From the NCBI GenBank assembly GCA_977016875.1, contig CDRNST010000112.1, positions 1,240,001 through 1,304,000 of the forward strand: a stretch of DNA of 64,000 nucleotides, in the 5' to 3' direction. A model generated the notes under the pieces. The model was not told the DNA's origin. It was given only the letters and a program-made list of their open reading frames with translations, and searched no databases. Made by a program: the position numbers and the translations under genes. This document shows positions 23,301 to 35,400 of this stretch, piece by piece (positions within the stretch are counted from its first letter, which is position 1; each line of letters opens with the position of its first letter). This DNA comes from Pavona decussata (Eukaryota).

Positions 23301-24495
23301 CATCTAATTCGATCTTGAGTTTTCTAGCCTTGTTTACAAGGGAGCTATTTTCTGGGGTTTCGTCGATACGTGAGTTGATTTTCTCTAGCTTTTGGAGGAG
23401 GTTCAATTCCGTACTTCTTTCAGCGTTGGCTTTCTTTTTCGCAAAACGAATTGCAAATATCCGGATCTCCATTTTCAACATTTCCCAAAATAACCTTTTA
23501 TCAGCAACATCCTTGTGTTTTTGGGTGGCGTGTTTGATGATGAAGCTCATTTTTGTGACGAAATCTTCATTTTCTAAGAGTGAATTATTAAATTTCCAGT
23601 AGCCTGGGCCTCTTTCTTCTTGTTTGTCTTCAGGCTTGATCGAGATGGTGACAGGGGAGTGATCTGAATCATGATAGGCGGAAATGTCGGTTTTCGAAAC
23701 GCGGCATAATAAATGCTTCGAGATGAGCCAGAAATCCAGTCTACATTTGATTTTCCCGGAGCTATTTCTCCACGTAAACTGTGTATCATGTGGATGTTGT
23801 TCTCGCCAGGGATCGACTAGGTCATAGTTGCAACGGAGTTCGTCGATCGAATGTATTACACTTTTTTTGAATTGAATGTCTTTACCTCCAAATTTATCGG
23901 AAGCGGACAGTGGGCAGTTAAAATCTCCACCAATAAGAATTTTGTCAGTTTGCTGGCCACGAATAGAATCGGTTATCTTCTGAAAAAAAGAAATTTGCTG
24001 GTTTTGGTCGTTTGGGGCATAAATATTAACGAGGCACAATTCGTCTTCGTTGACGGTGGTGTTTACAATAATAAATCTGCCGTTTTTATCCGCAGTAACA
24101 TTCGTCACCTCTTTACTGAGTGAGGAACTGAAAAGAATCATAACACCTCTACTGTGTTTTGAGCCGTGCGCAAAGAAAATGTCGCCTCCCCATTCTGCTC
24201 GCCAAAAATTTTCCAAGCTAGCATCGCTGTACGTCTCTTGCAGAAAAATTACATCAAATTTTCTAATATGAAGCCACCGGAAAAGTTTTCTTCTTTTGAT
24301 AGATTTGTTGAGGCCTCTTGCATTAAGAGAAACAGCATTTAAGGTCATATACACACTAGATTTGTGAATTTCTTTCTAACGCAATTCATGAACCACAGCT
24401 TGCAACGTTCGATAGCGTTTAGCCTTGCGATGTAAATGTTTTGTGTAAATGTTTTGTGCAGATGTGGTATTCTGCCAACTGTAGAAGGTTACCTG
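20373..24495 (-). pseudogene. Orphan duplicate of the MANBA last exon and 3' flank, split by a LINE
   Basis: 20373-20740 plus 24463-24495 align to 31658-32506 (VTFYSWQ..TEG.LEKSLY.MSLYDL). A 7-bp duplication ATAAATC creates an early stop, and I saw no upstream MANBA exons associated with it. Confidence 0.85.
20741..24462 (-). mobile_element. Tx1/L1-clade non-LTR retrotransposon, 5'-truncated (ORF2 only), defective
   Basis: ORF 24354-21886 has APE motifs (SLNARGLN, FLQET, NIYAPN, GGDFN, SDHSPV) and RT motifs (WRPISLLN, GVRQGCPLS, YADD). C-terminal Cys/His region CERC...ETLIHMLCEC in 21835-21176. Poly(A) tail at 20741-20764; 11-bp TSD TGTGGTATTCT at 20730-20740 and 24463-24473. Confidence 0.95.
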
Positions 24496-24671
24496 AATGA
24501 ATGAACGAACGAACGAACGAACGAACGAACGAACGAACGAACGAACGGATGGACGGACGGACGCACGGACGAACGGACGGATGGATGGATGGATGGATGG
24601 ATGGATGGATGGATGGATGGATGGATGGATGAAAAAACGAATGAATGAACGAACGAACGAACGAACGAACG
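24496..24671. repeat. Compound tetranucleotide microsatellite (GAAT/GAAC/GGAC/GGAT)n
   Basis: Directly visible tandem arrays. Confidence 0.95.
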
Positions 24672-25353
24672 ATAAATGAATACGCGCATTTTCTACAAAA
24701 CTGGTTGTTCATGAGGTGATTACAATAAAATTTAAAGAGATTAGTCTTTGCTCGGCAGTTTCTTTGCAGACTGCAATATCTACTCAAGAAAATTAAGGCA
24801 TGAGTCTCTAATTACTTAGCCAAAAAAGCAAGGGGGTGGTCAATCTTCTGAACATTTAGCCGTAACGTCGTAAGGCTTTGGCAACATAATATGCTTACAA
24901 ATGTCAACATATTGACGTACACAACTTATGCACCTGTTGCGGCCGAGACATTTATGAAAACATTTGAGCAAAAATGGCACCACTTTTTATTGCCTCCTGA
25001 AGGCTGCCGGTAGCTTAAAAACTTTGTCACTGTTAGGCACTACATTTCTGTGCTCGGGCTTTTTTAATATTTTTTTTTTCATTTTGAAAATAAACGGCAT
25101 TTTTTACTAGTTCCCAGTCCCTCCAAAGTAAAATGAGCCGTTTATTTTCAAAATTGAGGAAATTTTTAAAAAGGCCCGGGCACAGAAATGAAGTGCCTAA
25201 CAGTGGTAAAGTTTTAAAACTACAGGTAGCCCCTAGGAGGCAATAAAAAGTGGTGCCATTTTTGCTGAAACGTTTTCTTGAATTTTGTATCCGTAAGAAG
25301 GCACGTGACCTAATTTGCATAAGTTGTGTACGCTTACGCTTATTTAATTTTTC

Positions 25354-25845
25354 GTGTCTCCTGTGCGGCGCATATTCGAAGGCGGCGCTTATTTGAGGGC
25401 GGCGCTTATTAAAAGGCTCATACCACAAAGCCAAAACATTTTGATTGTACAAGCAAACGCTGACAATCTCCTTACTGCAACAGTTACAGGGAAGAGAAAG
25501 AGGGAGGTTGGGCTTCTCTTACCGGCAAAGTTTACATCCTTCACGCAAGAACTGAAGAACGCGAACATTTTGAAGAGAGAACTAAATGAAAGAGCATCAA
25601 GATATACTCACTTCGAACTGAAAACATCACTATTGATGAAAATAAATTCCCATTGTTGGCTTAGAACCGCATTGCAGCGATTACAGTGTATTTTTATCAT
25701 CTTATGGAAATACTCAAATAATCGCCGCACCGGTGCTGCGGCGCTTATTCGAGGGCGGCGCTTATTAACCATTCCGCTCCATGTGCGGCGCTTAATCGAG
25801 GGCGGCGCTTGTTCGGGGGCGGCGCTTATTCGAGTAAATACGGTA
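25354..25845. mobile_element. Tc1/mariner-pogo-like MITE remnant
   Basis: Right terminus CGAGTAAATACGG followed by TA; subterminal GCGGCGCTTATT repeats; left end truncated. Confidence 0.5.
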
Positions 25846-26514
25846 ATGTAAGGCTCAATTGGGAAATGCATGGGTTCGCCTCGGGACTTTAACTTTTACT
25901 GCAGTGTTAATACTATTACTAATAGTTAGTTAATACTAATACTACAGTGTTAATACTAGGGACATCGCAATTTACCGAAATGACGACCTAGAGTCTTCCG
26001 AAAATGAAAAAGCGTAACCAAGCCCACGGTACTCTGAAACATACTAGCCAGCGAATAGTCATGCGCAGCGGGGAATAAAAAAAGGGTGATTTCTTGACCT
26101 GGTTCAATCTCGTTACGAGGGCTCTGGGAACGAGATTGGACCTGCTTCAGAAGGGATAAATTCTTGGTTTTCACATGACGTCATAAAAAACTGAAATTCA
26201 TAACTAAACACAATTTTGGGTTTTTATCTTCATCACATATAAGAAAATCTAAATTTCCATCGGCTGCTTGTTTTCAGCGGGATAGCATTCTTTGTTTTGA
26301 AAATAGAGCAGTTTGAATTTTAGATTTTTGCGCAGTGCGTGACAGAAGGATTGCTGCTCTAAACATGTCACATACATGAAAACATCGATCCGTCTCGTGT
26401 TTTTTTTAGGTCTGATAAGCTAACATGTAATAGAAGCGTTAATGTCAATGTGTGAAAGTTCAGCAGAGAGAAGAAAGGCTTTGAAATAGCCAAGGTAAAC
26501 TCCAGATGTTTTTG

Positions 26515-26545
<31 letters not shown>

Positions 26546-27059
26546 AGACGGGGCACCAACATGGCGTCCCATACTAAACTCTGTAATTTTCCGTGGTACA
26601 TTTTCTCGAATAACTTGATTAGGAGATATCGCACAGCCCTGTGGCTTTCGCACGTTGTTTATGTATCACTCTTCTACAACATATCAATTTCTTGACTTAA
26701 TCTATTGAATGGTTGAATCCCTTGCGTGACGATGTGTGAGGTGAAAACCACCTATTCGGAATTTGAATCGAAGAATTGTTAGTTTTACATGATTACATAA
26801 ATAAAAAAATATAGAATAGTTCCAGACAAGAGGCTCCTTCCCAAAGGAAAAACTTTTAAGTTCAACGATAATACACGTTGAAAAAATGTCCCTTTTTACT
26901 TATGTTATGGGAGTGTACAAGCTATTGGGAAAAAATTCAAGGAACAGTCCCCAATAAAGAGCGGTCGAGCCGTATGAGGCTATTGTAACGGGCTGGGATA
27001 CTGGGAACGAAAGTTTTTGCATAAACTGAGTCACGCAAGCTTTTCAAAGATGTGGGATC

Positions 27060-27168
27060 AGCGGCGGATCGAAACTCTTCGATAACAACGGTGGTGCGCT
27101 TCCGAAAATTAACAGCCCGTTCGATAAGGAATCGTTTGCTCTTCAGATATCGCGAGAGCAAATCAAAG
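27060..27168 (+). promoter_or_regulatory. Putative non-coding leader exon of dioxygenase copy 2
   Basis: Homologous to 8470-8583; donor AAAG|GTATGTTT at 27168/27169. Confidence 0.6.
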
Positions 27169-27425
27169 GTATGTTTACTCGTGTTTTTGTGGAAGAAGTA
27201 TGAGCGGTTAAGATGTAAACTGTGGAAACAACTCTGATTGCCTCTTCTAAGAATAGCTGAACAAAGCGCTCTAGATCTCTTGGAGTAAATGGTATTGTGC
27301 GAGACGGACAATCTTGTGTGAGATCGAGGCTTGCAGTACAGTTATTTACCCCTGCAAAATAAATAAAGGCTTGGGGAAGACCCCGGCTTCGCGCAAAACG
27401 TCGAGACTACGAGGCTCGCCGTGAA

Positions 27426-27591
27426 ATAGCCCTTTTCACGGTTGATTTTTCTCATTTGCATTACAATGTTATCCCACGTGGATGCGAGGCAATTTCGGGC
27501 TAAAACTACAAAATAGCCCGAAATTGCCTCACATACATGCTATATTTCATTGTAATTCAAATGAGCAGAGTTGACCGTGAAAAGGGCTATT
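27426..27591. mobile_element. Small MITE
   Basis: TIRs AATAGCCCTTTTCACGGT / ACCGTGAAAAGGGCTATT with internal palindromes. Confidence 0.65.
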
Positions 27592-28203
27592 GAGTAATAT
27601 TTTTGGCAGACAGTTTTTAGCACCCCTTGATCTGTGTCTGCGCCCGTATTACAGAGGAGTCCCCAATTAGAGAAAGATCTTTACGTTTGTATTATTTTTT
27701 GCGCTCACTAGCTCGATCAGAAACCAAGGGAAGAATAGAACGAAATATAACTACATATATTAATGTATATATTGAGCTTTTAAAATAAAATACATGAAAT
27801 GCGGTCATGGTTCATGATTCTGCATTTAAATTCACATACAACCAAATAACTGTGAAGCGTGACGTTACTAGCTCAGTCAGTGCAGCCTACAAAAACAAAC
27901 TGATGGCCGATCAAGAGACATCTAAGAGTAGACTAGATTGCAACGGCCCGTCGTGGCCATTCTCCGCTTAGTATAAAAGCACTGAATTTTATTTCAGATT
28001 TTCTTTTCGTTTTTTTTTTTTTATTTTCATCACTGATACCCTTTTATCTTTGTTATGCGTATTCCAAACCTTGTAACACAATCGTGACGTACTGAATACC
28101 AAGAGTCATGTCTCTAATTGTGACCTTGGTTTACCTGTGGCACAAACGAACGACAAAATCATACCTGCATAACCAGACTTTTATTTAGTTCGACAGATTG
28201 AAT

Positions 28204-28945
28204 ATGGCAGTTTGCCTTCTGAGACGCCGCACATCAATCTCGGGACCTCCTACGTTCTGCTTCCATGTGAGCCGAAAACAACCCTTCGTAGGTACCATTT
28301 GCTTATTTTCAACAAAAGCAAGCACCAAACCAGCCATCTTTCAGAGGATACCCAGGGAGGAACTAGTGCCTAAAATCAAGTCAAGACTTAAAGACAGACC
28401 ATATATGGTAGGCTCAACTGGCCAAGGTTTCCCAGAGTTCCTTGGAGAGCCCACAGAGTCATTCCCACATGGGGTGTTTGTTAACAATCCTCACCAGGCC
28501 TCTCTCGCTGAGCTGACTGCAAAATGTATGGAATACGTAGAAAAAAATCTCACAGACAATCCTGCCATATTATTCCGCAATCTCCCAGCCCAAACTCCGC
28601 AGGATTTTTCCATCATTGCTCAAGCAATCCCCTGGAAAAGTTTGACATATGAAGGTGGCACATCGTTGCGCACAGAAATTGACGGGAATGCAGGAACGTA
28701 CACCGCGAACAATGACCCTGATGAGATCACTATAGACCCACACAACGAAATGTCTTACTCACAAATTTACCCATCCAAGGTAAGGAACGCAGGGGAGAAT
28801 CCCCCCCCCCCCCCCCTGACGGGAGGGGAAAGAAGTGAGGTACAAAATTACAATTTCATCTGATTATAACTTCGCCTGTCCAATCCTTAAAGGTCACTTT
28901 CTCATCTTAAGCCATTTTTTAAATATTAACAATTATTCCACGAGC

Positions 28946-28978
<33 letters not shown>

Positions 28979-30427
28979 GAGCGCGTAGCGCCGAGTTGGC
29001 TATAATTATCTCATATCCAACAAGCGCAAGTGGAATAATTGTTTTATTAAAAACAATCAAGAAATATTGTTAGGTCTTACTGATTTCGCTGTGAGAGAAG
29101 AACCAGCAGACAATTTAATGGCCGCCATTTCTTGGCCATGGCTCATATACCATGCCCGCTCAGCCAATCAAATCCCTCGAATTGCATTATACACTGATCC
29201 AGTTTTTAATAATGTTTATTATTCCCACCCTCCTGCCCCATCAGATTTTCTTTTTCTGCGTCAAAGAGCCTGCTGACGGCTGCGGCGGTGAAACACCTCT
29301 GGTTAAAAATAGCGAACTTCTCTCCGCACTGGATCCCGACATTGTGCAGAGATTTGAAGAAAAACAAGTGCGATACGCGAGATATTTACCTGATAAGTCC
29401 AATGGAGAGTACATGAACTGGCAACACGTGTATCAAACGGATTATGGAGAGGTAAGTGACATAAATAAACTCGAAGCTCTTTTCATAGCTTTTGTACTTC
29501 CTTCATGTGGTATGCTTCCCACTCTTGAGTCCCAGACGCCAATGTGTCATCATAATCAGATGAAACTCACCACGAAAATCCAAATTTAAGTGTCACCCCT
29601 CCCCCAAATTCAATCCTTCCTCCGAATTAAGTTCCCTTAATATTAGCCTCCCACCCCCCCCCCCCCCCAAAAAAAAATAAAATTGGCAGACGCTAAAATC
29701 CCTCAGATAGTAAGACCAACGGATCATAGCTTAGTGTTTTATAGTATTCACCAAGAATGAATAAGATGGCTGGATTATCTGACTCTGTAGAAGAAATTTC
29801 CGTGCTACTATTAAAAAAAAAAAAAACGTTTTGGGGCCATACTTTGCATTCAAGCTATGATGCTATACAACTTGGGTCAAAATTTTGGATCTCTGTTTGA
29901 AATTCTTAGGCCTCAACAGCAATTAAGGAGCTATTCATTGTGATGTACAAGATGGTTCGAACTTTGTAACAAAGGAAAAAGAAATTAGATTACACCGGAC
30001 TGACATTATAAGTGCATTTCTCTTATAGGTTGTAAATAAGAAAGCCAAGGAACAAGGCTATACCCTCACGTGGGACGATAATGGAGATTTGCACGTTTGG
30101 CAAAATAGAGCGGCCTGCATACATCACCCAGTTACAGGAAAGAAGACATGGTTTAACCAGATAGCAACACTTCATGGTTCCTGGAACAGATTACTGCCAG
30201 GGAACGCTGATGTCCCGGATCACAAATTACCTTCTTGCACATATTACGGAGATGGAAGCCCAATTGAGCCCGCAGTTTTACAACACCTTCTGGCAAGCGG
30301 CTGGTCATGCGCAGTGGGGTTCAAGTGGAGGAAGGGTGATTTGTTGGTCTTAGATAACCTGGCTGCTCAGCATGGGAGAATTGGATTTAAAGGCGAGAGA
30401 CAGTTGTTAGTTTACATGACTGCATAA
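28204..30427 (+). CDS. TauD/TfdA-family Fe(II)/2-oxoglutarate dioxygenase (SyrP/DdaC-like), copy 2, 393 aa
   Basis: Exons 28204-28779, 29245-29451 and 30029-30427 (576/207/399 nt, same phases as copy 1). Motifs IDPHNEMSY, DNLAAQHGR, GERQLLV. Confidence 0.92.
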
Positions 30428-30924
30428 TGTGAATGAACAATTGTTCAAGGCGGGAGGCTCCTATTCTAATGAAGAACTAGTTTGTCAACATTGTATGTGT
30501 GTAATGCATGAGAGGCTCAGATTTAAGTGTAAGCGAGGAACACAGTGGATAAGCGTTCATATTGTGTGGCGTGTACGTGTTATAAAGGGAGAATTAGTCT
30601 CACTGAGACAGTGAAGCGATAATGATAAGCTGTCCGGCCGTGCTATTGTTGTGTCAGTAAGGGGAGGGTATAAGGGAAGGCACCATTGTACCCATCGGGG
30701 AAGGGGGAGGAGATCGACGTTCTCCACTGAAGCTTGCTTTGGGAGGTAGCGCCGTCCCAGTTCAAGTAGCTATCACCTTAATGCAAGGACCATGGAGACA
30801 AAGTTGTTGCATGGCCCCCATTCCAAACGAAATTCTAGTCACGCAAGATTTTAACAGATGGCGGACGAATATTCATTTTTCCAGCCTCATCAAAAATTTG
30901 GTTATGTCAACCGTACAGATATAT

Positions 30925-31210
30925 ATGACAAAGTTGAAATTCCATTGCCTCGCACCAACTTTCTGAAAAACAGCTTTAGCTATAGTGGTACCGTACTTCG
31001 AAACAGCCTAGCTTCAGATATGCGGGCATAGCAGCAAGCAGAATCAGAAAATGATTTCTGCCATCAGCTATAATCTTGCACCCTCTTTCAGTGACTAATT
31101 TATTGTATTCTTACAAACAGCATTCATGTAATACAGTTCCTTCAATGTAGTTTTTATTCTTAGAGTAACTTCTTACATAAAGGACATTTAGGATAGATTT
31201 TGTTGATTTT
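30925..31210 (+). mobile_element. Degenerate L2/CR1 LINE 3' fragment
   Basis: Encodes PLPRTNFLKNSFSYSGTVLRNSL, the typical L2/CR1 ORF2 C-terminal motif. Confidence 0.55.
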
Positions 31211-31906
31211 ATTCTGTACTGATTACAGTCAACTCCCTTTATGGACCACATGTTTGTGTCCTTAATAGCGAGAGTCCGTAGTAGCGGGAATTTATTTCAG
31301 TCAAACGTCTGTAATCTATTTTTGCCGGGGACTTAGCTCCTGTCCGTATTATCGGGGTGTCCGTTATAGCGAGGTGTTCGCATGACAGGAGTTCACCGTA
31401 AATTTACCGTGTTGAAATAAAGTTATTCAACCTAATTCAATGCAGCCCCCTCCCCCCCCCCCCCCCCCTCGCTCTACTTCCTGAAACGTCTGACAGCGTT
31501 TTGCAGTTGTTAGCATTCGACGAAGACAAATTCTATGACGCTGTATTTTATTTGAGTGCTAAGTTTTTTGTTGTTGTCCCGCCCAGAAGAGCGATCTGCT
31601 AACAACCTGGTTGCCAGGGTCCCTCCTCTTGCCGTCCGCTGGAGCGGGACGCAAACGACACACACATTAGTAGCAAAATAAACCTGTTTCTGAAAGCATT
31701 GAAAAACGATTAATATTAGTAAGCCGGGTACAAACCATTGTATTTTTTGAAAAAAGCTGTTATAAAATCGGGGTACATAGACGACAAATGGCTGTTTGTA
31801 AAGTTAGAAAAGCAGTGCTTATAGTGTCATACACTTTAAATTGAGAAAATATTCATAGTTCATAATTCATAGAACACAGTTCATTTAGTGAATTCATGTG
31901 TTCTTT

Positions 31907-32359
31907 CCGGGGGGGAGGGGGGGGGGGCTACTTGGGTTCAGTTTTGCTGGGTATGTGCCGCTGGCCTCTCGGAGCCCCTGGCCCATTATAGTCTATTTTG
32001 TGGCCAGTTATAGACCCCATGTTAGTCACTTTTTGGGAAAATGTAATTTTCGCGATCCCAACTAAGTCACTTTCTATTTATGCATCTACTTTCAAGAACG
32101 AAATGTAATGCGAGGTGATTGTTACATTTAATAAACAACAACTTTCTGAACTTTTTAACCGAGACCATTTTGAATCCCTACTTAATAGAATTTTCTTACC
32201 TCAAAAATCCGAAAATGTGCGACCCCATTCTAGTAACTCTATTGAAAACGAAACCCCATTCTAGTAAATCCAGTCATGAAAATGCGACCCCATCCAGCGG
32301 CACATCCCCATTAGCCTCTTATAAGGAAGTACCCCCAACCCCCCCCCCCCCCACCCCCC
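31907..32359. mobile_element. G/C-tract-terminated MITE just downstream of the MANBA stop codon
   Basis: CCGGGG...CTACTT / AAGTACCCC...CCC termini; absent from the paralogous sequence at about 20620. Confidence 0.65.
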
Positions 32360-32416
32360 ATTCACGTTCGTCGAGATCGGTTCCTCATTTGGTGGCACTC
32401 GGTTAAAGAGGCCAGT

Positions 32417-35400
32417 TTACATGTATAAATCATAAAGAGACATAATATAGAGACTTTTCTCCAAATCGCCTTCTGTCGTGTCCTGCCAACTGTAGAAGGT
32501 AACCTGAAATACAGAATAACACGACACAATTCAGAGAAAGATAAAAGTCCTGATAATGCATTGCCCGATCAGTATATATATTTTTTAATCCGTTTGTTGT
32601 CCATTTGTGAGCCCTATTAGTGCAAGCTCCCCAATGTATTCCATGTATTTCAGCAAAGAAACGTACTCAAGTATTTTCTGCAGTTTTGGCAAAATACAGC
32701 AAAATTGCCACAATACCACCTCATTAAGGGGGTTATCTCTCTCAGAGAGACGTTTAATCGAGAACGTTGCGAGTTGTTCATTGTTTGAAACTTTAATCGA
32801 CGAATCGACGTCAAACTTGACACGAAGTATATAAACATAATTACATACCACCTTGGTCGGTTCGGTTAGTAGAAACCCATTCTCCGAGAAACGGCCGCGG
32901 ACATCTTTGGCGACTAACCACACAAAGCAAGCAGGAGACTGGGCCTGAATAGACACGCTGAACTCTGTTTTGGACAACTGGGAAACTTTTAAAACCTGAA
33001 AAATGGACCACATCGTCATATTCATTGGTGCTCAAACAAAATCGACGTACGGACACAAGAGGGGCCTGTTCTGACGATCTCACCGTCAGCTGTATAAATC
33101 ACAATGTAGTAAATAACAAACCAACATTATTATTCAACACTGCCCAAATATTGTCATGGTGCACTCAATATTCGTCGTCCGCTGTCAATAGATATCCTGC
33201 GATATACGTAATTTCGTGTGTCGGGGAAAAAAATTGCAAAATATAGATCGTCTCCAGCTTTTCTGCAATAAAAGTGTGCTTCGTTATCAATGTGTTGAAT
33301 AATAAAACAATTATCCTGCTCAATCTTGCGGAATATCCTCTGATTTTAGTCAATTCGGCCTACGGCCTCGTCGGCTAAGTATCAGGCGATATATACATCT
33401 GAAGAAATCCTATTTTTTTAAATTCCAGTCATGCTCAAAGGATTGGAAACTTGTATGTTATTGATATTTTCTATGGTGATGAAAATCTGAAGTAGATTTA
33501 TTTCGTAGGACGCAAGTCTTGTAAATTAAAATTAAAAAATTAAAGAGAAATGTTTCCGAGAGCTTTGACCTGTAACTGAGGCTCTTTTAAGCCGACGGCT
33601 TCTGAAAGGTTGGCTGGGAAGAATACATTCGTCGGTCCCAGGTCCTTCCCGGTGCTCTGGTCCACAGGAGTCATGGTGAAGACACAGTGTCGAGTACTTT
33701 CACATCCCGTTGTTTTTACAAGAGCCTGTAAGTCTTCTGCGTAAATGAGTTTCTATGATAAAACGGGGATATGAAAGTCGGGTTGATTGTTATTGAAAAG
33801 AAATTATTCACACAACGTAACTGCATGATTGAAAAAGATTCCCATCACAAATGGAAAACAAGAAACAAACAAAAAACACAAAACAAAAGAAAAATAAAGA
33901 AAAGAAAAAAGGAAGAAGAAAGACAATGTATAAATCCGTAAAAGAACTTGCTAAACTTTACTACGCCTTTCAATAACATACAGACCCTGAACTTCAACCT
34001 CAACCAACGTTTTTGTTTTCTTAGAGGTAATTGACAGCAGTGAAAAGCGTAACAGTTGCTTGAATCTTGAACTTCGGAGTCCGCATGTTATTGAAAGATA
34101 GCCTCCCACGCAGACGTTCTTAGGGGTTCGTCACGCGCTCCTGTGGGGCAGGAACGCGTGACGAACCCCTAAAAACGTCTGCGTGGGAGGCTAATTGAAA
34201 GACGGAGTAAGCTTGATCTTCTCACCCAGGCGACTTTCGCGTTCGCTCACTGAAGTGTTTCGCCGGCTCAAGCTATCGTGGTTGCATTCCGGGATTTTAC
34301 GGTTTGTAAGTTGCTTTTGGTCACATTTTAATGACAAATGTCAATCAAAGAAATGTACCCCAAAATGTTAATTCAGCATACGTGCCACTTGTTACTTACT
34401 GATGATTGACGATCAATGTTGAATGTGACGCTCTTGCTGTACAGCGGATTGAAAGAAGACCAACCCCAGCCCTTTAGAGAGACTGCACCTTCTGTAATGG
34501 GCTGAAAACGAACAAACAGAAAAATAGGTCAAGTAGAGCGGCTTTCATTTAACTTTTGACCAGTTCTCGTCCTGCGTGCGTCTGTTATGACTGGCGAAAG
34601 TGAACCTTTCGATGAGTTTATATGTGAAAGCGGACTAGGCCTGTTACAGATCTCGGGTTTTGCTGGAAATTATCACACACGAACAATTTATCCCGGTTAC
34701 CGGGCGGAAGAGCTCTTACAAATGCAGGTAGTAGAGGATTCTATGGTTTGTTTCTGTGATCGCTGAGATCAGAATAACTGCTATTAATTGTCGATCGAAG
34801 AAAAGTTACAAAATGTTTCAAGCTTACAGCACCGAGGTACACTAGAAGACGTTCCTGGTTGGCCAAATACTTGTTCCCTAAATTTCAATACATTCTTTCT
34901 GCTGGAACCATTTTGCGCTCGATAACTTCAAATAAAAAGAACCGGGATGAAACTCATTTCAGTGAACCGAGCTAGCCAGCCGGACTCATGTGACCACCCC
35001 TCTTAGGGGCCGATTGCACGAACCGGGCTGGGCCGGTTCTTATGCATAAATCGCAACCTTGATTTTTGTTTTGTTTAACAGACATGCCGAGATCTCGGCA
35101 AACCGGGCCAGCCTGTAATCACGCCTCTTAGGGTTCCGTATTTAAAATGCAGTGGTCAATTCAGCAAAACGTTTACACTTGTAGGTAACTGTCAGGGCCC
35201 TTTACACGCGCTTGCAGAAAACGAGTTAAATTTAATATTATTAGCTTTCTTAAACGATGATTGTTAAATTAGTTTTTGAACTTTTGTTAAGTTCTTACTT
35301 GTATTTGCTTGTAAAAGAAAAGGACCTAACTTGTAAATTACAAGTGTAAAAGTTTTATTAAATTAGCTTGAGGTTAACGCTTGGTCAGAAAAGACAAAGC

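Noticed and set aside
24419-24787. HPSI/RSFV-repeat ORFs
   Set aside because: Translations of the tetranucleotide microsatellite.
16307-30427. Copies 1 and 2 being uncollapsed haplotypes
   Set aside because: Intron interiors look largely unalignable and the variable segment and last exon differ at many sites, far beyond allelic divergence.
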